Part shown: piece after piece, positions 61,182-64,000 of the stretch
Numbering within the stretch: the stretch's first letter is position 1
Layout: each line of letters opens with the position of its first letter
From: Camelus ferus
Lineage: Eukaryota
Direction of reading: 5' to 3'
Length of the DNA: 64,000 bases
Assembly: GCF_009834535.1 (NCBI RefSeq)
Contig: NC_045696.1
Span: 91,080,001-91,144,000 of the forward strand
Notes under the pieces: model-generated
Seen by the model: the letters and a program-made list of their open reading frames with translations, nothing else
Told to the model about the DNA's origin: nothing
Databases searched by the model: none
Made by a program: the position numbers and the translations under genes

Positions 61182-62042
61182 TTTTTTTTTTTTTTTTTTT
61201 TTAATTGAAGTATAGTTGGCTTACAATGTTGTGTCAACTTCTGGTGCATAGCATAATGTTTCAGTCATACATGTACATACATATATTCTTTTTCATATTC
61301 ATTTTTTATTAGAGGTTACTGCAAGATATTGAATATAGTTCCCTGTGCTATGCAGAAGAAACTTGTTGTTTATCTATTTTATATATAGTAGTTAGTACCT
61401 GTAAATCCTGAACTCCCCGTACATCCTTTCCCACCCCGTTTACCCCTGGTAACCGTAGTGTATTTACTATGTCTGTGAGTCTGTTTCTGTTTTATAAATA
61501 TGTTTATTTGTGTCATTGTTTTTTTTTTTTTTAGATTCCACATGTAAGTGGTATCATATGGTGTTTTTTTCATTCTGGCTTACTGCACTTAGTATGATGA
61601 TCTCCAGGTCCATCCATGTTGCTGCAAATGGCATTATTTCAGTTTTTTTCATGGCTGAGTAGTATTCCACTGTATAAATATACCACAACTTATTTATCCT
61701 GTCATCTGTTGATGGACATTTAGGTTGTTTCCATGTCTTGTCTATTGTAAATAGTGCTGCTATGAACATTGAGGTGTATGTATCTTTTCGAATTAAAGTT
61801 CCCTCTGTATATATGCCCAGGAGTGGGATTGCTGGATCATATGGTAAGTCTATTTTTAGTTTTTCGAGGAATCTCCATACTGTTTTCCATAACGGCTGCA
61901 CCAAACTACAATCAGAGTCAGAAGGTTCCCCTTTTCTTCACACCCCCTCCAGCATTTATTGTTTATAGACTTTTGAATGACTGGTGTGAGGTGATACTTC
62001 ATTGTAGTTTTGATTTGTATTTCTGTGGTGATTAGCAATATT
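61182..62042 (-). mobile_element. 5'-truncated L1 (3' UTR + ORF2 C-terminus)
   Basis: Poly(T) at 61182-61202. ORF 61554-61904 ([18 protein letters not shown]). TSD-like ctgctctcc on both sides. Confidence 0.9.
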
Positions 62043-62799
62043 GCCCTGCTCTCCTCTGCTCTCCTTTGCCTGATTCTTTCTATACTTGGATATCTATTCC
62101 CTCTGACTTTCTTTCCTTTCCTCTATTTCCTGGTTTCATTCTTTCTTATTAGTATCTGGAGCTTGGTCTCTTCTTATCTTTTGGTTCTCCTTATCTTTTT
62201 ATTACCAAATGCAGTTTTATTTCTGGTGCGTGCTCTCTCTCTCTCCCTCCCTCCCTTCCTTCTTTCTACCCTCCCTTCCCACCCTCTGTCTCTTTTTGTG
62301 CTTTTCATTCATGAGAGACAGCAGGTAGAATGGGTGACCTTGGGGGTCTTTGCTCTTTTAAAATAATCTGAGAATTTTGACCACAAAGCATCCTTGTTTA
62401 ATTTAGCATAATGTGTAAAGTATCGCAGGGGTGATGGCTAGGGAATGGTTTCCTGTCTATGGAAGCCCCACCTAGGATAGAGCAGACGCTCCCCTGCCCC
62501 CTTTGAAACACAGCACAGCTACCTTTCACCCCAGCTCAGCTCCAGCCAGAGCTATGACTCACGGTGATTCCCGTGAGTCAGAGCCATCATTGGGAACCCA
62601 GTGGTGGACTTGTATTGCTTGGCTGCTTTTACACAAACCAAAGAGCAACATTCTATTTGAGCCTGGACTCTTCCACCTGCATTTCTACTGTAAGTTAACT
62701 TGTATCTTGAAGAGATTTGTGGGGGAGTTCTAGCCCTCTAGCTCAGCCTAGTTCCTAACTAGATTTTTAGCTAAATTCAAGCCCATCTCTCCCACCTAA

Positions 62800-63140
62800 T
62801 TCGTTCTGTCTTAGTCTTTCCCCCCAAAATCATGATTTCTTTATGCATTTGCTGCTGGTCTTCTCTTTTATCTCATACTATTGAAACCCTTCTCACTCTT
62901 CACTCCCATCTCCTCTGTGAGGCCTTCTTCAGTCCTCAACTGGGATGAATGCCTCCCTCAGTCCTGTGCTTTCATAGGTCCCTACCTGTGTTTCTGATAT
63001 GTATTCTCACAGTCTATCTTGGATTATAGTCAGATATACCTCAGGAGACAGAGAGAAATGTGAAGGCAGAAACAATGTCTTTTTAATCTTTACTGTGCCT
63101 AGGACCATACTTGAGTAAACGGTCGTTGAATTGACTTGAA
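62800..63140 (+). mobile_element. L2 3' fragment
   Basis: 'cccatctcctctgtgaggccttc...tgaaggcagaaacaatgtc...gtgcctagg..gttgaattga'. Confidence 0.5.
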
Positions 63141-64000
63141 GAGTGATCAGTGAGAACATTTATCAATAATCTCCTTAATTTTCATGCCTAATAAAGATTG
63201 CCTTTGATATATTTAATCATGTTCACAACAATCATTAGTATATCTGTTTTATATTATGGGTTTTAATCCTACCATGAATCCTGTAAGAGAGTAAATTATC
63301 TCCATCTCATAGAGGAGGATGAATTCACATCATGGAACTAGCACTCTAATCCTGGCCACTGGTCCCTGAAGTCCCTGCCCTTTCCACTTTATCCTGAGGC
63401 ATATTGTGATGGTCGGCACTTCCCTGAAGCCATTGCACTCTCCATGATTCTCAGCCACACCATCTTCTCCCAGGAGAATGCCTTAGATAGGATGGGCACA
63501 TTGGTTGGTCCTTTTCTGGCGGAGCAGAACCCACCAGTCCCTTTGTCCAAGGCTCCTGGGTAGGGTTCCTCATGCTGTCTGGCTGAGAGCATCACGACCA
63601 TTTACTTGGAAAGATCATAGCCCTTGTTTGCATACAGCTCCCACTCTCAGCCTGCTTTGGGGCAAAAGCCTGCTTTGATCTGTATGCAGGCCTGGGAGGT
63701 TATGGCCCTAATTTATTCATGCATAACAATCTGAATTTCCTTTTCATTTGGGGAAAAGTGTAATCATTTCAAAACTTTCATAATGCTGAAATTCTTAAAG
63801 CTCTGATTGAATCTTATTTTTATTAAGTCTGGTCAGGGTGATCTATGGATAGTGCTGAAACAAAAGATAATGAAAAAGTCTTTCTTTTAAATTACTGAAG
63901 AAGATTTTTGTTAGAAGAGGTGTTCTTGTCATCAGGCAAGGTTTTAGGAAAAAAAAATTTATAATAAGCAGTGGAGTGTCAACAAACTCTTCATCAGAAT

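Overview
Mammalian (placental) genomic DNA, AT-rich and repeat-dense. The L1 sequences look like cetartiodactyl, possibly camelid, families (judged from memory, unverified). I could not support any host protein-coding exon. Positions 1-31 kb hold old MIR/L2/MER/MLT/LTR relics and two nested LINE-1 complexes, 8.7-16.0 kb and 21.8-30.5 kb. These include one full-length disabled L1 and one ORF1-only L1. The main finding is a heavily degraded, roughly 12 kb endogenous bornavirus-like element on the minus strand (~48.9 kb down to at least ~36.6 kb). Manual translation gives colinear matches to Borna disease virus (BDV) N, G, M and about two-thirds of L, in the order N-G-(P?)-M-L. MIR-like, L2-like, MER5A, MLT1 and L1 insertions interrupt it, which suggests it is very old. 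All viral comparisons were made by eye against reference proteins recalled from memory and need tblastn/HMM confirmation.
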